From NCBI GenBank assembly GCA_046529715.1, contig CP134881.1, positions 918,803 through 982,802 on the forward strand: 64,000 nt of DNA, written 5' to 3'. A program made the translations under genes and the position numbers. Below, in pieces: positions 48,314-59,142 of the stretch (within the stretch, counting starts at the first letter, position 1; each line of letters starts with the position of its first letter). Below the pieces are notes generated by a model. The model saw only the letters and a program-made list of their open reading frames with translations. It did no database searches and was not told the origin of the DNA. The stretch is from Mycoplasmatota bacterium WC44. GTDB lineage: Bacteria > Bacillota_I > Bacilli_A > MAG-NZ.

Positions 48314-49000
48314 ATGAGATTAGATAAATTTTTAACTAAATGTGGACTTGGTACTAGAAGTGAAGTTAAAGTACTCTTGAAGCAACGTAGGATAAAAGTA
48401 AATAATATAATTACTTCAATAGGTAAAACTGAAATAATAGATCAAGTTGTTTATTTTGATGATTTATTACTAGAATATAAGGAATTTGTTTATATAATGT
48501 TAAATAAACCACAAGATGTAGTATCAGCGACTAAAGATAATCTTCACAAAACGGTTGTAGATTTAATTGAAGGGTATTCACACTACGATTTGCATCCAGT
48601 AGGTAGGCTAGATATAGACACTGAAGGATTAGTGATTTTAACTAATGATGGAAAGTTAACTCATAATATTATTTCACCAAAGAAGCATGTTCCAAAGAAA
48701 TACTATGTAAAACTAAGAGATGAAATTCATGAAAATTCAGTCATTCAATTTAAAGAAGGAATTACAATTGATGATTATAAATGTATGAGTTCGGAACTTG
48801 AAATCATAAATGAAAGAGAAGTCGAATTAACTATCTTTGAAGGAAAGTTTCATCAAGTAAAAAGGATGTTCTTAACTCTAGGAAATAAAGTAGTTTATCT
48901 AAAAAGGTTATCTATAAATAATGTTGTTTTAGATGATGATTTAAATATTGGGGAGTATAGAGAATTAACTAACGAAGAACTGAAAACCTTAAGTAAATAG
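48314..49000 (+). CDS. rsuA: 16S rRNA pseudouridine synthase RsuA-family (S4 domain plus PSUS)
   Basis: N-terminal S4 domain (MRLDKFL...GTRSE) and catalytic GRLDIDTEGL. Confidence 0.8.
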   Translation: MRLDKFLTKCGLGTRSEVKVLLKQRRIKVNNIITSIGKTEIIDQVVYFDDLLLEYKEFVYIMLNKPQDVVSATKDNLHKTVVDLIEGYSHYDLHPVGRLDIDTEGLVILTNDGKLTHNIISPKKHVPKKYYVKLRDEIHENSVIQFKEGITIDDYKCMSSELEIINEREVELTIFEGKFHQVKRMFLTLGNKVVYLKRLSINNVVLDDDLNIGEYRELTNEELKTLSK

Positions 49001-49043
49001 AGTTATCTTTCAAGTTATATATACCTATTTATGAACTTTTACA

Positions 49044-49080
49044 CAAAAAAAGAAGTGTAAAGGGGGGACACTTCTTTCTA
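49044..49080 (+). terminator. probable terminator (weak T-run)
   Basis: aagaagtgt ... acacttctt hairpin. Confidence 0.45.
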
Positions 49081-49240
49081 CACTACAATTCTAATCTATT
49101 AGAGGGGAGGAGAATTGTATTTCATATAGTTGTTATAATACTCTGTTACAATTATATAATATATTTACCATATTGTTTTTTCAAGAAATATGCTCATATC
49201 ATTTTGAAAAATAAAAAAAAATGGTAAAATTAAATAAAGT

Positions 49241-49615
49241 ATGGAGGGAATTATGAGAAAATTATCTGAGTCAATAGAAGATTATATAGAACACATATAT
49301 TGCCTAAACAGTGAAAAGGGAGTAAGGATTACTGACTTGGCTGTGAGAATGAACGTTACGAAAGCAAGTGCTACCGATGCAGTAAAGAAATTAGTAGATT
49401 TTAAATATGTGAAGCATCAAAAATATGGGAATGTATTTATTACTAAACTGGGTGAAGGAATAGCAAAGAAAATCCTTGAAAAACACAATATTATTACTAA
49501 ATATTTGATAGAAGTACTTGGAGTTGATCCAGTTACTGCAGAGACCGATGCTTGTAAGATCGAACATATAATAAGTGAAACAACATTTTCAAAGTTGAAG
49601 GAAAAAGTAGAATAA
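49241..49615 (+). CDS. DtxR/MntR-family metal-dependent transcriptional regulator
   Basis: N-terminal winged HTH and a dimerisation domain, no SH3. The start could be ATG 49253. Confidence 0.65.
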   Translation: MEGIMRKLSESIEDYIEHIYCLNSEKGVRITDLAVRMNVTKASATDAVKKLVDFKYVKHQKYGNVFITKLGEGIAKKILEKHNIITKYLIEVLGVDPVTAETDACKIEHIISETTFSKLKEKVE

Positions 49616-49646
49616 AAAAAAGCCTTTTTAAAAAAGGCTTTTTAAT
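49613..49646. terminator. bidirectional terminator between convergent genes
   Basis: aaaagcctttt-taa-aaaaggctttt. Confidence 0.8.
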
Positions 49647-49652
49647 TGGATT

Positions 49653-50981
49653 TTATTCGTTAAATGATTCTCTGTCCCATTCTCCGATACTGTTACCAAC
49701 TGTAACTGCAGCAACCATATCACCAGTAACGTTTACACTTGTTCTGAACATATCAACGATAAAGTCAATACCAGCAACGATAGCGATAACGTCTAATGGT
49801 AAACCTAAGGCAGATAATGTTATAGTAGTAAAGATTGTAGCACCCATTGGTACACCTGCTGTACCTAATGACGCTAAGATAGATACTACTAATAAGATTA
49901 CATATTGCATTGGAGTTAATTCAACACCATAAGCATTTGCAGCAAAGATAGCAACTAATGCTGGATATAATCCACCACAAGCATCCATATTCATTACTGC
50001 ACCTAATGGAGCAACGAAGTTAGATACACCTTCAGAAACCTTTAATCTGTTTTTACATGTATCAACAGTTAAAGTTAATGTACCAGCACTACTTCTAGAA
50101 GTGAATGCTAACAACATAGCAGGATAAGCTTTTTTAAAGAATTTAATAGGGTTTACTTTGTTAATGAAGACCATAATAAGTACACCATAAGTAAATACTA
50201 AGTGTATTAAACAAGCAATGATAACTGCTACTAAGAATAGCCCTAATGCACTTATAGATTCTAATCCTTTTTCGTAACTAAACCAATATGCAGTTAAACC
50301 TAATACACCGTAAGGAGTTAAGTTGATAACATATTTAGTGACTTTATTTACTATTGATAAGAATGATTCAAGTAATGCTCTAAATGGAGCGACTTTTTCT
50401 TTATCTTCACCTTGTACAGCTGAAGCAGCGATAGCTATAAATAAAGCAAATACGATTACAGCTACTAAATTTAAATCTGCCATAGCTTTAATTGGACTCT
50501 TAGGGATAAATCCTCTAAGTTGTCCAAATACATCAGTTACTGTAGATGAACTACCAGTGTATTCAATACCTGAAGTAACAACACCATTACCTAATCCCAT
50601 TACAGTAGCAACTGCGATACCTATTAAAGAAGCAATAGTAGCAGTAGCTAAGAACATACCTACTGTTCTAAAACCTAATTTTTTAAGTTTTTCGCCATCC
50701 TCTAAACTTAGGAAACTTACGATAATGCTTGTTGGAACTAATGGAATAACGATCATTCTTAATAAGTCGATATAACCATACCCAAACGTAGAAAATAACT
50801 TTCTAGTTAAATTAATTGCATCTACATCTGTTACATACTTGTACACTAATAGACCGTAGATAATACCTTCGATCATCGCAATAAATACAACAGTTGATTG
50901 TGACAATTTCTTTTTCAAGTAGTATACTTGAACTAGTAATAAAATAAATCCAATAAATGGTAATAAAATATTCATTTTCAA
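49653..50981 (-). CDS. dicarboxylate/amino-acid:cation symporter (DAACS/SDF) family transporter
   Basis: SDF-family hairpin motifs (GVPMGATIF...VTGDMV). Confidence 0.75.
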   Translation of the reverse strand: MKMNILLPFIGFILLLVQVYYLKKKLSQSTVVFIAMIEGIIYGLLVYKYVTDVDAINLTRKLFSTFGYGYIDLLRMIVIPLVPTSIIVSFLSLEDGEKLKKLGFRTVGMFLATATIASLIGIAVATVMGLGNGVVTSGIEYTGSSSTVTDVFGQLRGFIPKSPIKAMADLNLVAVIVFALFIAIAASAVQGEDKEKVAPFRALLESFLSIVNKVTKYVINLTPYGVLGLTAYWFSYEKGLESISALGLFLVAVIIACLIHLVFTYGVLIMVFINKVNPIKFFKKAYPAMLLAFTSRSSAGTLTLTVDTCKNRLKVSEGVSNFVAPLGAVMNMDACGGLYPALVAIFAANAYGVELTPMQYVILLVVSILASLGTAGVPMGATIFTTITLSALGLPLDVIAIVAGIDFIVDMFRTSVNVTGDMVAAVTVGNSIGEWDRESFNE

Positions 50982-51190
50982 TTCCCCCTTTGGAAAATAT
51001 TATATATTATCGACTTTTTATTAACAACAAAAATACAGTAACATAAGTTACCAATTTTTGTCAGCAAATAAAATAAGTATTTCTGATGTTTCGACAGAGT
51101 TCGTTAATATTCCTTTAAGTTGGAAATATTTAGATAAAAATTGTCATTAAGATTTAAAAGTGGTATAATTAGGAAGGATTGAGGTGCATT

Positions 51191-51790
51191 ATGAAAGACA
51201 AATCTAGACAAATTGCTGAACTTTTTGAGTCGAAAAGAACATATAGAAAATTTAATACTGAATTGATCGCTGAAGAAGTAATACTGAACTGTTTAAAAGT
51301 TGCGTTGAGATCACCAAGTGGAGCTAACCTTCAACCTTGGACATTCTGTGTTGTAAGGGATGTTGAGTTGAAGAAAAAGTTACGTGAAGGTAGCGAAAAA
51401 GAAGAATTAAGTTTCTATAATAATGAAAAGTTAGGTTTTTGGCATAATGATTTGGATATTCTTAATGTAGATGTAGAAAAGCCTTTTTTAACTGATGCGC
51501 CATATCTAATTTGTGTATTTTACCATAAAACAAACAAAGATGGATCAAATACATATTATGCCTCTAAAAGTACAGGTTTAGCTACAGGCATGTTGATAAG
51601 TACTTTACATCAGGTAGGTTTAGTATCACTAACATATACTCCTCAAAATATGGACTTCATGAAAAAGATTCTAAAAAGACCAGAATATGAGATGCCTTAT
51701 ATGATACTAGCAGTTGGTAAAAAAGATGATTCTTATGAGTTACCAAAAATAGATAAAAAAGATATTAATGAAACTGTTATAATTTACTAA
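51191..51790 (+). CDS. nitroreductase-family protein
   Basis: SPSGANLQPWTF block. Preceded by a TGgTATAAT extended -10 near 51157-51165 and RBS GAGGTG. Confidence 0.7.
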   Translation: MKDKSRQIAELFESKRTYRKFNTELIAEEVILNCLKVALRSPSGANLQPWTFCVVRDVELKKKLREGSEKEELSFYNNEKLGFWHNDLDILNVDVEKPFLTDAPYLICVFYHKTNKDGSNTYYASKSTGLATGMLISTLHQVGLVSLTYTPQNMDFMKKILKRPEYEMPYMILAVGKKDDSYELPKIDKKDINETVIIY

Positions 51791-51808
51791 AGAAGAGTGG
51801 TGAAGATT

Positions 51809-52693
51809 ATGAACATTAGGATGCATTTTTTCTCTGATAGAAGAAGTACTATATCGCTTAAGAGAATTTACGAATTTTTCGATGAAGAAACTTTTGTTTA
51901 TTCACAACATGATAATTATATCTCTTTCAGATATGAAAATAAGGTTTTAAATAATAGAGCTTTTTTCGTGTTTGCAAAAAGAAATGTTGTGCAAAATATA
52001 TATAAACTAAATTCTGGTTTTAAAAATTTAAACTTATTTGTGGAATTTCCATTAATAATATCTGATTATTATCTTAATGAAATTATGGCTATTATAGATC
52101 AATTCGCTAAATTATTTGATTTATATTATTATATAGATTTAAATCAAGATATAATGCCATTTGAAAAAGATGTAATTATTAAAAAAATACTTGATCACCG
52201 TGATAGAACAATTTCTTTTGAAGATGTTACTAAAACAAGAGGTAAATTTTTAGTAGATTCTAAAAAGTTAAATGAAATATGTTCTTATCAAGTTGATAGT
52301 GATATGTTAAGTCAGTATTTTAACGGTGAAGTTGACGTTAATAAATATATTGTAATGAGAAATATAGTTACGGAAGAATTATCGCTTTCAGTAATTTGGG
52401 ATGCTTCTAGACCTACTGTGTTTCCAAAATATATAGATTATATCCATATAATTTTTGACGAAACGGAATTACCAAGCATAGTAGCTGTAAAAGATATTTT
52501 GCCAAGAATAAATAGATTCTTAGCTTTATTACCTAACTTTGTAGATGGAACAAAAATTTTAAAACCAGGTTCTTTTATAAAAAAAGCAACTAAGGTACAA
52601 AATAAAATAAGAAATAGTGTTTTAAACGAAGATGAATTTCAAATTATTCAACTCAGTGAAATATTAGATGAAAGGAATATAGTAAATGAATAA
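51809..52693 (+). CDS. hypothetical protein (295 aa), no recognisable domain
   Basis: RBS GAGTGG, ATG at 51809. Its last 8 nt overlap deoC. Confidence 0.45.
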   Translation: MNIRMHFFSDRRSTISLKRIYEFFDEETFVYSQHDNYISFRYENKVLNNRAFFVFAKRNVVQNIYKLNSGFKNLNLFVEFPLIISDYYLNEIMAIIDQFAKLFDLYYYIDLNQDIMPFEKDVIIKKILDHRDRTISFEDVTKTRGKFLVDSKKLNEICSYQVDSDMLSQYFNGEVDVNKYIVMRNIVTEELSLSVIWDASRPTVFPKYIDYIHIIFDETELPSIVAVKDILPRINRFLALLPNFVDGTKILKPGSFIKKATKVQNKIRNSVLNEDEFQIIQLSEILDERNIVNE

Positions 52694-53342
52694 ATTAATC
52701 GATCATACTGTTTTAAAAGCAGTAACACAAAAAGAAGATGTAAAAAAAATATGTGAAGAGGCAATAGAGCAAAACTTTAAATCTGTTTGTATTAACCCTT
52801 GTTTTGTAAGTTATGCAAATGGGTTATTAAAAGATAGTGAGGTTTTAGTTTGTACTGTAATTGGTTTTCCTTTAGGAGCGAATACGACAGAAACTAAAGC
52901 ATTTGAGACTGAAAATGCAGTAAATAATGGTGCTGATGAGATTGATATGGTTATAAACGTAGGCGCATTAAAAGATAAAGAATATGATTATGTAGAAAAC
53001 GATATTAGAAGTGTTGTTGAAAGTGCTAAAGGAAAATTAGTAAAAGTTATTATTGAAACTTGCTATTTAACTGACGATGAAAAGAAAATCGTTTGTGAAT
53101 TAGCTGTTAAAGCTGGAGCTAATTTTGTTAAGACATCAACTGGCTTCGGTACTGGTGGAGCTACTAAAGAAGATGTTATGCTAATGAGAAAAACTGTTGG
53201 TCCTGATATTGGTGTAAAAGCTTCAGGTGGAGTAAGAAGTACTGAAGATTTACAGCAAATGATTGAAGCAGGGGCTACAAGAATTGGTACTAGTAGTGGT
53301 GTGCTTTTAATGCAAGGAAAAAAATCAAATACTGATTATTAA
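52686..53342 (+). CDS. deoC: deoxyribose-phosphate aldolase
   Basis: VCINP...KTSTGFG...KASGGVRS class-I aldolase blocks. Confidence 0.85.
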   Translation: MNKLIDHTVLKAVTQKEDVKKICEEAIEQNFKSVCINPCFVSYANGLLKDSEVLVCTVIGFPLGANTTETKAFETENAVNNGADEIDMVINVGALKDKEYDYVENDIRSVVESAKGKLVKVIIETCYLTDDEKKIVCELAVKAGANFVKTSTGFGTGGATKEDVMLMRKTVGPDIGVKASGGVRSTEDLQQMIEAGATRIGTSSGVLLMQGKKSNTDY

Positions 53343-53347
53343 AAAAA

Positions 53348-53377
53348 TGGACTTTCGTGTTAGAAAGTCCTTTATTA
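53348..53377 (+). terminator. rho-independent terminator
   Basis: ggactttc ... gaaagtcc hairpin followed by TTTATT. Confidence 0.65.
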
Positions 53378-53422
53378 AGTATTAATATAGTAACTATAAA
53401 GATAATATAAAAGAGGTGAAAC

Positions 53423-54682
53423 ATGGAATATAAAGTAAATAAAGATTATGGATACGATTTACACATCGTAACCACAGAGAAATTTAAGACTAATACAATC
53501 TCTTTGAAATTTAGTACAGAACTTAAAAGAGATAATATTACCGCAAGAGCCCTTTTACCTTCGATATTATTTGCTGGATGTAAAAAATACAAAACGAAAA
53601 GAGAGTTGACAACTTATTTAGAAGAATTGTATGATGCTTCAATTGGTTTAAGCATGTCAAAAGTAGGTAATCTAAGTATAATCAATGTTGGTGTTTCTTT
53701 TATTAATGATAAATATGTTGATGAAGCAATTTTACCTAAAATGATAGAAGTAATTAATGAAGTTATTTTTAATCCATTAATTGAAGATGGTAAGTTCGAT
53801 GAAAGTAAGCTTGATGAAGAAAAAAGATTATTAACTGAATCGATTGAATCAATAACTGATGATAAAACTGGATATGCTTTAGAGAAACTCAAAGAAAATA
53901 TGTATGCTGATGAGAAATTTAAAATTAGAAGTATAGGTTATTTAGAGGACTTTGATTCTATTACAACTGAGTCACTTTATGATGAGTACTTAGAAATGAT
54001 AAATAACGATAAGGTTGAAGTTATAATTACTGGTAAATATAACGATTTATCACCATTTAAAAATTTAAGTTTTCAAGATAACAAGACAATTGTAAATAAA
54101 GATTTAGAAACTAAAGAAATTACTAAAACAAGTTTCTTTACTGAAGTTCAAAATATCAATCAAGCAAAATTAAACATAGGTTATCGTACTGAGATAAGAT
54201 ATGATGATGAATTATATATGCCGATGGTTGTAGGTAACTCTATTTTGGGTAGTGCCCCAAATAGTATGCTTTTTCAGACATTAAGAGAAAAGCATTCACT
54301 TTGTTACTACATTAGAAGTAGTTATAGCCCATATAAGGGAAGTATTCATATATTCTCAGGTATAAACCCTGATCAGTATGAAAAGTCCTTAAAACTAATA
54401 AGAGAAGAGATTTCTAAGTTGCAAGCAGGAGATTTCTCTGATGAATTATTTTCTAATACACTAAAATCATTAGTGAACGATTTGTTAGAGATGATGGATA
54501 GACAAGGTCCATTATCTAATAAAACTTATCAAGATATTTTAATGGGTAGAGATTTTGATATTAATAGCATTATTGAACGTATTAAAAACGTTAAAAAAGA
54601 AGATGTAATGAAAGCTACATCATTATTAAAAGAGGATACTATATTCCTTCTAACAAATGAGGAGGTAGTATGGAAAGAATAG
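53423..54682 (+). CDS. M16-family peptidase-like protein, inactive subunit (no HxxEH), YmfF-like
   Basis: M16 fold-like sequence without the zinc motif. Paired with the next gene. Confidence 0.6.
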   Translation: MEYKVNKDYGYDLHIVTTEKFKTNTISLKFSTELKRDNITARALLPSILFAGCKKYKTKRELTTYLEELYDASIGLSMSKVGNLSIINVGVSFINDKYVDEAILPKMIEVINEVIFNPLIEDGKFDESKLDEEKRLLTESIESITDDKTGYALEKLKENMYADEKFKIRSIGYLEDFDSITTESLYDEYLEMINNDKVEVIITGKYNDLSPFKNLSFQDNKTIVNKDLETKEITKTSFFTEVQNINQAKLNIGYRTEIRYDDELYMPMVVGNSILGSAPNSMLFQTLREKHSLCYYIRSSYSPYKGSIHIFSGINPDQYEKSLKLIREEISKLQAGDFSDELFSNTLKSLVNDLLEMMDRQGPLSNKTYQDILMGRDFDINSIIERIKNVKKEDVMKATSLLKEDTIFLLTNEEVVWKE

Positions 54683-55926
54683 AATATAAACGATTTAACG
54701 AAGAACTATATTATAAAGAATTAGATAATGGTTTACATGTTTATTTAATGCCTAAAAGAGGTTTTAATAAACATTATGCAACCTTTACTACAAAGTTTGG
54801 TTCTATTGATAATAAATTAATTTTGAATGATGAATTAACAACTTTACCTGATGGTATCGCTCATTTTCTTGAACATAAGTTATTTGAGAGTGAAAAAGGA
54901 GATGTTACAGAAGAATTTTCAAAGTATGGAGCAAATTCTAACGCTTTTACTACTTATGATAGAACAAGTTACTTATTCTCATGTACATCAAATTTAGAAG
55001 AGAATCTAACATTGTTAATTGATTTTGTTCAAGAACCTTATTTCACAGATGAAACTGTAGAAAAAGAAAAAGGAATAATTGCTGAAGAAATTCAGATGTA
55101 TAATGATATTCCTGATGCAAGATTAATGTTTGAGACAATGAAGTCACTATACAAAACGCACCCTATTCGAAATGATATAGCTGGTTCTGTAGAATCAATA
55201 ACTAAGATAACTCCTGAAAATCTTTATAAATGTTACGAAACATATTATCATCCAAGTAATATGTTACTGTTTGTTGTAGGAGATTTTGATGTTGAAGCTA
55301 TTATGAAATTGATTGAAGATAATCAAAGTAGTAAAGATTATCAAAAACGTGAGATTGAAAGACAAGTGGATACTGAGTCTGAAGGAATAAACGAAAAAGA
55401 AAAACTTATTAATATGCCTGACGTATTTCCTAAACTAATGATAGGAATTAAAGGTAACCCTAACGATATAAAAGATTTAGCTAAATATAGAATGAGTATG
55501 ATGATATATTTAGATATATTAATTGGTAGAAGTTCAGACAATTATGAAAGATTATTTGAACAACAATTAATTAATTATACATTTGGTTCGGTGACATACA
55601 TGGATGATACATATAGTTCTATTCTGTTTGCATCTGATACAAAGAATCCAGAAAAACTTAGAGAAGAACTATTTAAAATACTTCAAAGTGATGTATCTAA
55701 AGATTCTTTCAAGAATGTTAAGAAAAAGTTTTATGGTAGTATGTTGAAACTACTTAACTCACCTGAAGGTATAGCTAATGAATTTACTTCATATAAACTT
55801 AGTGGCATGGATTTATTTGAAGCCATAGATATTGTTGAAGAAATTACATTTGAAGATATGATTGAATGTAAGAAGTACTTTAAAGAAGACAATTTTGTTT
55901 CTGTAATTATAAAACCTACGGAATAA
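54670..55926 (+). CDS. M16-family zinc peptidase (HxxEH present), YmfH-like
   Basis: GIAHFLEHKLFE zinc-binding motif. Overlaps the upstream gene by 13 nt. Confidence 0.75.
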   Translation: MERIEYKRFNEELYYKELDNGLHVYLMPKRGFNKHYATFTTKFGSIDNKLILNDELTTLPDGIAHFLEHKLFESEKGDVTEEFSKYGANSNAFTTYDRTSYLFSCTSNLEENLTLLIDFVQEPYFTDETVEKEKGIIAEEIQMYNDIPDARLMFETMKSLYKTHPIRNDIAGSVESITKITPENLYKCYETYYHPSNMLLFVVGDFDVEAIMKLIEDNQSSKDYQKREIERQVDTESEGINEKEKLINMPDVFPKLMIGIKGNPNDIKDLAKYRMSMMIYLDILIGRSSDNYERLFEQQLINYTFGSVTYMDDTYSSILFASDTKNPEKLREELFKILQSDVSKDSFKNVKKKFYGSMLKLLNSPEGIANEFTSYKLSGMDLFEAIDIVEEITFEDMIECKKYFKEDNFVSVIIKPTE

Positions 55927-55981
55927 TGGTAATGCTACCCGTATAGTAGACAGGAAATTAAAACCTTCCTGTTTTTTTGTT

Positions 55982-56782
55982 TTAAGTTAATCTCAATCTA
56001 TCTGTATTATAAAATTTTATCCAATCAATAACAAGTTGTATATATTTTTGTAATGATTTGATATCATAACTATAGAGAGTTTCACGTTTGAGAGACGCAT
56101 GGAAACTTTCTATAGGTGCGTTATCTTGTGGGCAGCCTTTACGGCTCATGGAAATACTAATTCCGTGTGTCTCACAGATAACTTTGTAAATAGTGGACGT
56201 ATATTGGACTCCTTGATCGGAATGAATGATCAATCCAGATACGTCTTTTTGTTTATCTAGCGCTTCTTTAAGTGTATCCATAACTAATTCATTATCATTT
56301 CTATAACTAATTCTTGAAGCAATTATGTTTCTTGTATGTAAATCCATTATAGTTGACAGATAGGCTCTGTTTCCATTTTGTACTAAATATGTAACATCAG
56401 TAACCCACTTTTGATTATGTTTTGTTGTATTAAAGTTTCTGTTAAGTAAGTTTGGATAAGTGTTATTCTCGATATACTCTTTGTTGAAATGTTTCTTATA
56501 TATCTTTTGATATCTAACTCTTATTTCAAATTTTCGCATTATTCTAAGCAATTTCTTATGGTTTATTACCCAACCATGCTTTTCCTTTATAGCCTTCTTC
56601 AATCGTCTATAACCATATAATTGATTGGTATCTTCAAATACTCCAATGATTATATTGTAATCATCTACATCTGGATCTTTTCTGTTCTTGTACTTATGAA
56701 ACGTTTTTGTACTAATATCTAAAACGTCACAGAGAGTATTTAGTTTATATCCAAATTCTTTTCTTGCATATTTGATGAACAC
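55982..56782 (-). CDS. IS3-family transposase OrfB (DDE/rve)
   Basis: IIHSDQGVQYTS and CPQDNAPIESFH blocks. Confidence 0.8.
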   Translation of the reverse strand: MFIKYARKEFGYKLNTLCDVLDISTKTFHKYKNRKDPDVDDYNIIIGVFEDTNQLYGYRRLKKAIKEKHGWVINHKKLLRIMRKFEIRVRYQKIYKKHFNKEYIENNTYPNLLNRNFNTTKHNQKWVTDVTYLVQNGNRAYLSTIMDLHTRNIIASRISYRNDNELVMDTLKEALDKQKDVSGLIIHSDQGVQYTSTIYKVICETHGISISMSRKGCPQDNAPIESFHASLKRETLYSYDIKSLQKYIQLVIDWIKFYNTDRLRLT

Positions 56783-57060
56783 AATCTTTTCATACGTTGA
56801 TCCTTGAGGAAGGCTTGGTACTTTTTTAGGATTTCATACTTCTCCTCATAATTAATGTTTACGTTTTTAGGTCTACCCTTCTTAGTGTCAAATCTATTTC
56901 CATGTCTATATTGATAAACCCAATTCTTAATAGTATTAACTGATATTTCATACTTCCTAGATAAATACCCAGATGATTTACCATCTTCAATTTTTTCTTT
57001 AATAACTTTAAATTTAAGCTCAAGACTATACTTTCTAAATTTTTGTCCTTTACTAGCCAT
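56740..57060 (-). CDS. IS3-family transposase OrfA (HTH)
   Basis: Probable ATG at 57058-57060 (the track starts at an upstream GTG). Confidence 0.7.
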   Translation of the reverse strand: MASKGQKFRKYSLELKFKVIKEKIEDGKSSGYLSRKYEISVNTIKNWVYQYRHGNRFDTKKGRPKNVNINYEEKYEILKKYQAFLKDQRMKRLCSSNMQEKNLDIN

Positions 57061-57359
57061 ATAAAAATGCACCTCTTTTTAGTAGGATAACAGTTTTTTA
57101 TTTCCTGTCTACTAAATGGGGTGCATATTCTAATTCCCGTAGGTTTTTTTATATTAATTTCTTCAAAAAGTCTAAAATCAATATATATTTCTAAAATCAT
57201 CTACACTTAATTAAGTTTATTAAGTATTTTTATCTTCATTTACTATTTTTTTATATAATTTAAAATATATTTCAATTAATTGACCATAATCGTAATTAGT
57301 GAAAAGTAGCTTATTTATCTATAATTGTCTTACACCGGTGATGTTTGAAAGGAGATAGT

Positions 57360-57683
57360 ATGCTAAATCAAGTTATTTTAGTAGGACGCTTGGTTAAAGA
57401 TCCTGAGTTAAGGGAGACTAAGGATGGAAAAAGTGTTTCTAATATTGTACTTGCAGTTACAAGAAGTTATAAGAATCTTGAAACAGGTGAGTATGATACA
57501 GATTTTTTAACATGTACGTTATGGGAAGGAATAGCTCAAAGTACTTTCGAGTTTTGCAAAAAGGGCTCTACTGTTGGGGTTAAAGCTAGACTCGCTATGA
57601 AGAAATTTGAGTACGGAGAAGATAAATATTTTACTTATCCAGAAATTATTGCTGAAAAAATTACATTCATTAATACTAAATAA
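57360..57683 (+). CDS. ssb: short single-stranded-DNA-binding protein (OB fold, no acidic C-terminal tail; SsbB-like)
   Basis: MLNQVILVGRLVKDPELRETKDGKSV...FLTCTLWEG. RBS AAAGGAG, ATG at 57360. Confidence 0.65.
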   Translation: MLNQVILVGRLVKDPELRETKDGKSVSNIVLAVTRSYKNLETGEYDTDFLTCTLWEGIAQSTFEFCKKGSTVGVKARLAMKKFEYGEDKYFTYPEIIAEKITFINTK

Positions 57684-57706
57684 AAAATGTTGTCAACCAC
57701 CCTTTA

Positions 57707-57737
57707 AAAGTTACCATTCTGTGGTAACTTTTTTTCT
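57707..57737 (+). terminator. rho-independent terminator
   Basis: gttacca ... tggtaac hairpin followed by T8. Confidence 0.8.
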
Positions 57738-57793
57738 ATTTATGATATAATTAAGATTAGAAAGGGCTGTTTTTTTTCAGTAATGGTAGTAAT

Positions 57794-58669
57794 ATGAGAC
57801 AATATTTAGACTTTTTAAAACATATAAAAGATAACGGAAAAATGAGAGAAAACCGTACAGATGTAAGAACTATCTCAACATTTGGATACCAAATGAGATT
57901 TGATTTAAGTGAAGGGTTTCCGCTTGTAACTACAAAGAAAACTCATTTAAAATCAATCATTCACGAGTTATTATGGTTTATATCTGGTTCTACGAATATA
58001 AAGTATTTAGTGGATAATAACGTAAACATTTGGAATGAGTGGCCATATGCAAAATATAAAACTTCAAAAGAATATCAAGGAGAATCTCTAAGAGAATACG
58101 TAGAGAAATTAAAAACTAATGATGAGTTCGCTGAAAAATGGGGGGAACTAGGTCCTGTTTATGGTAGACAGTGGCGTCATTTTGAGGATTCTGAAGGATT
58201 TGTTGATCAATTAGCTAATGTAATTGAACAAATCAAGACCAACCCAAACTCGAGAAGATTAATTGTAAATGCTTGGCATGCGGCTAAAGTAGATAAGATG
58301 GCTTTACCACCATGTCATACAATGTATCAGTTTTATGTTGAAGACGGTAAGTTAAGTTGTCAGTTATATCAAAGAAGTGCCGATGCTTTTTTAGGAGTAC
58401 CATTTAATATAGCTTCATATGCATTACTTACTATGATGATAGCTAAAGTTACAAATTTAGAAGTAGGAGAATTTATTCATACATTTGGAGATTGTCATAT
58501 ATATGAGAATCACCTAGAACAAGTTGATATACAACTTTCTAGAGAACCTAAGGAATTACCTATTATGAAGATAAACGAAAAAGATTCAATATTTGATTTT
58601 GTATTTGAAGATTTTGAATTACTAAACTATGTAAGTCATCCAAGAATTAAAGGAGAAATAGCAGTATGA
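57794..58669 (+). CDS. thyA: thymidylate synthase (ThyA type, with a Firmicute-style insertion)
   Basis: PPCH active-site block, TMYQFYV, and conserved R/D/N residues. Confidence 0.85.
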   Translation: MRQYLDFLKHIKDNGKMRENRTDVRTISTFGYQMRFDLSEGFPLVTTKKTHLKSIIHELLWFISGSTNIKYLVDNNVNIWNEWPYAKYKTSKEYQGESLREYVEKLKTNDEFAEKWGELGPVYGRQWRHFEDSEGFVDQLANVIEQIKTNPNSRRLIVNAWHAAKVDKMALPPCHTMYQFYVEDGKLSCQLYQRSADAFLGVPFNIASYALLTMMIAKVTNLEVGEFIHTFGDCHIYENHLEQVDIQLSREPKELPIMKINEKDSIFDFVFEDFELLNYVSHPRIKGEIAV

Positions 58670-59139
58670 TATCAATTATAGTAGCTCATGATAAGAACAG
58701 ATTAATTGGAAAAAATAATTCTCTACCATGGCATTATTCGGAGGATCTTAAGTATTTTAAGAATACTACATTGAATCAAACTATTTTAATGGGTTCATCA
58801 ACATTACAATCAATTATAGACTTCTTAGGAAAACCTCTTCCTAAGAGACATACATTATTATTAACTAGAAAAAACGAGTCTCCTTATGATGTAGAAGTAG
58901 TTAATTCTATTGAAGATGTAGTCGAGGAATATAAAGATTCTTCTAAGGAGTTATTTATTTGTGGTGGAAAAAGTGTCTATGAACAGTTCATGCAGTACAC
59001 TGATAGACTATATATAACTCATATAGATGCAGAACATGAAGGGGATACTTACTTCCCAGAATATGAACTTAATGATTGGAATTTGATAAAAGAAACAAAA
59101 ATAGATAATCTATATTTTTGTGTTTATGAGAGGAAGTAA
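58666..59139 (+). CDS. folA: dihydrofolate reductase
   Basis: [11 protein letters not shown] block. ATGA overlap with thyA. Confidence 0.85.
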   Translation: MISIIVAHDKNRLIGKNNSLPWHYSEDLKYFKNTTLNQTILMGSSTLQSIIDFLGKPLPKRHTLLLTRKNESPYDVEVVNSIEDVVEEYKDSSKELFICGGKSVYEQFMQYTDRLYITHIDAEHEGDTYFPEYELNDWNLIKETKIDNLYFCVYERK

Positions 59140-59142
59140 ACC

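Larger units (their letters stand above)
55944..57114 (-). mobile_element. second, different IS3-family insertion sequence (~1171 bp)
   Basis: Imperfect 22-bp terminal inverted repeats TAGTAGACAGGAAAT(T/A)AAAA(C/A)C at 55944-55965 and 57093-57114. orfA/orfB with an A_AAA_AAG slippery site in the overlap. Confidence 0.8.

Noticed and set aside
50323-50775. 150-aa plus-strand ORF inside the DAACS symporter gene
   Set aside because: It is antisense to a well-supported transporter. Its Ala/Thr/Ile-rich translation is the mirror of the transporter's hydrophobic codons.
44706-57114. Composite transposon formed by the two IS elements
   Set aside because: The two IS copies are different IS3-family members with unrelated terminal repeats and opposite orientation, and the cargo looks like housekeeping genes.
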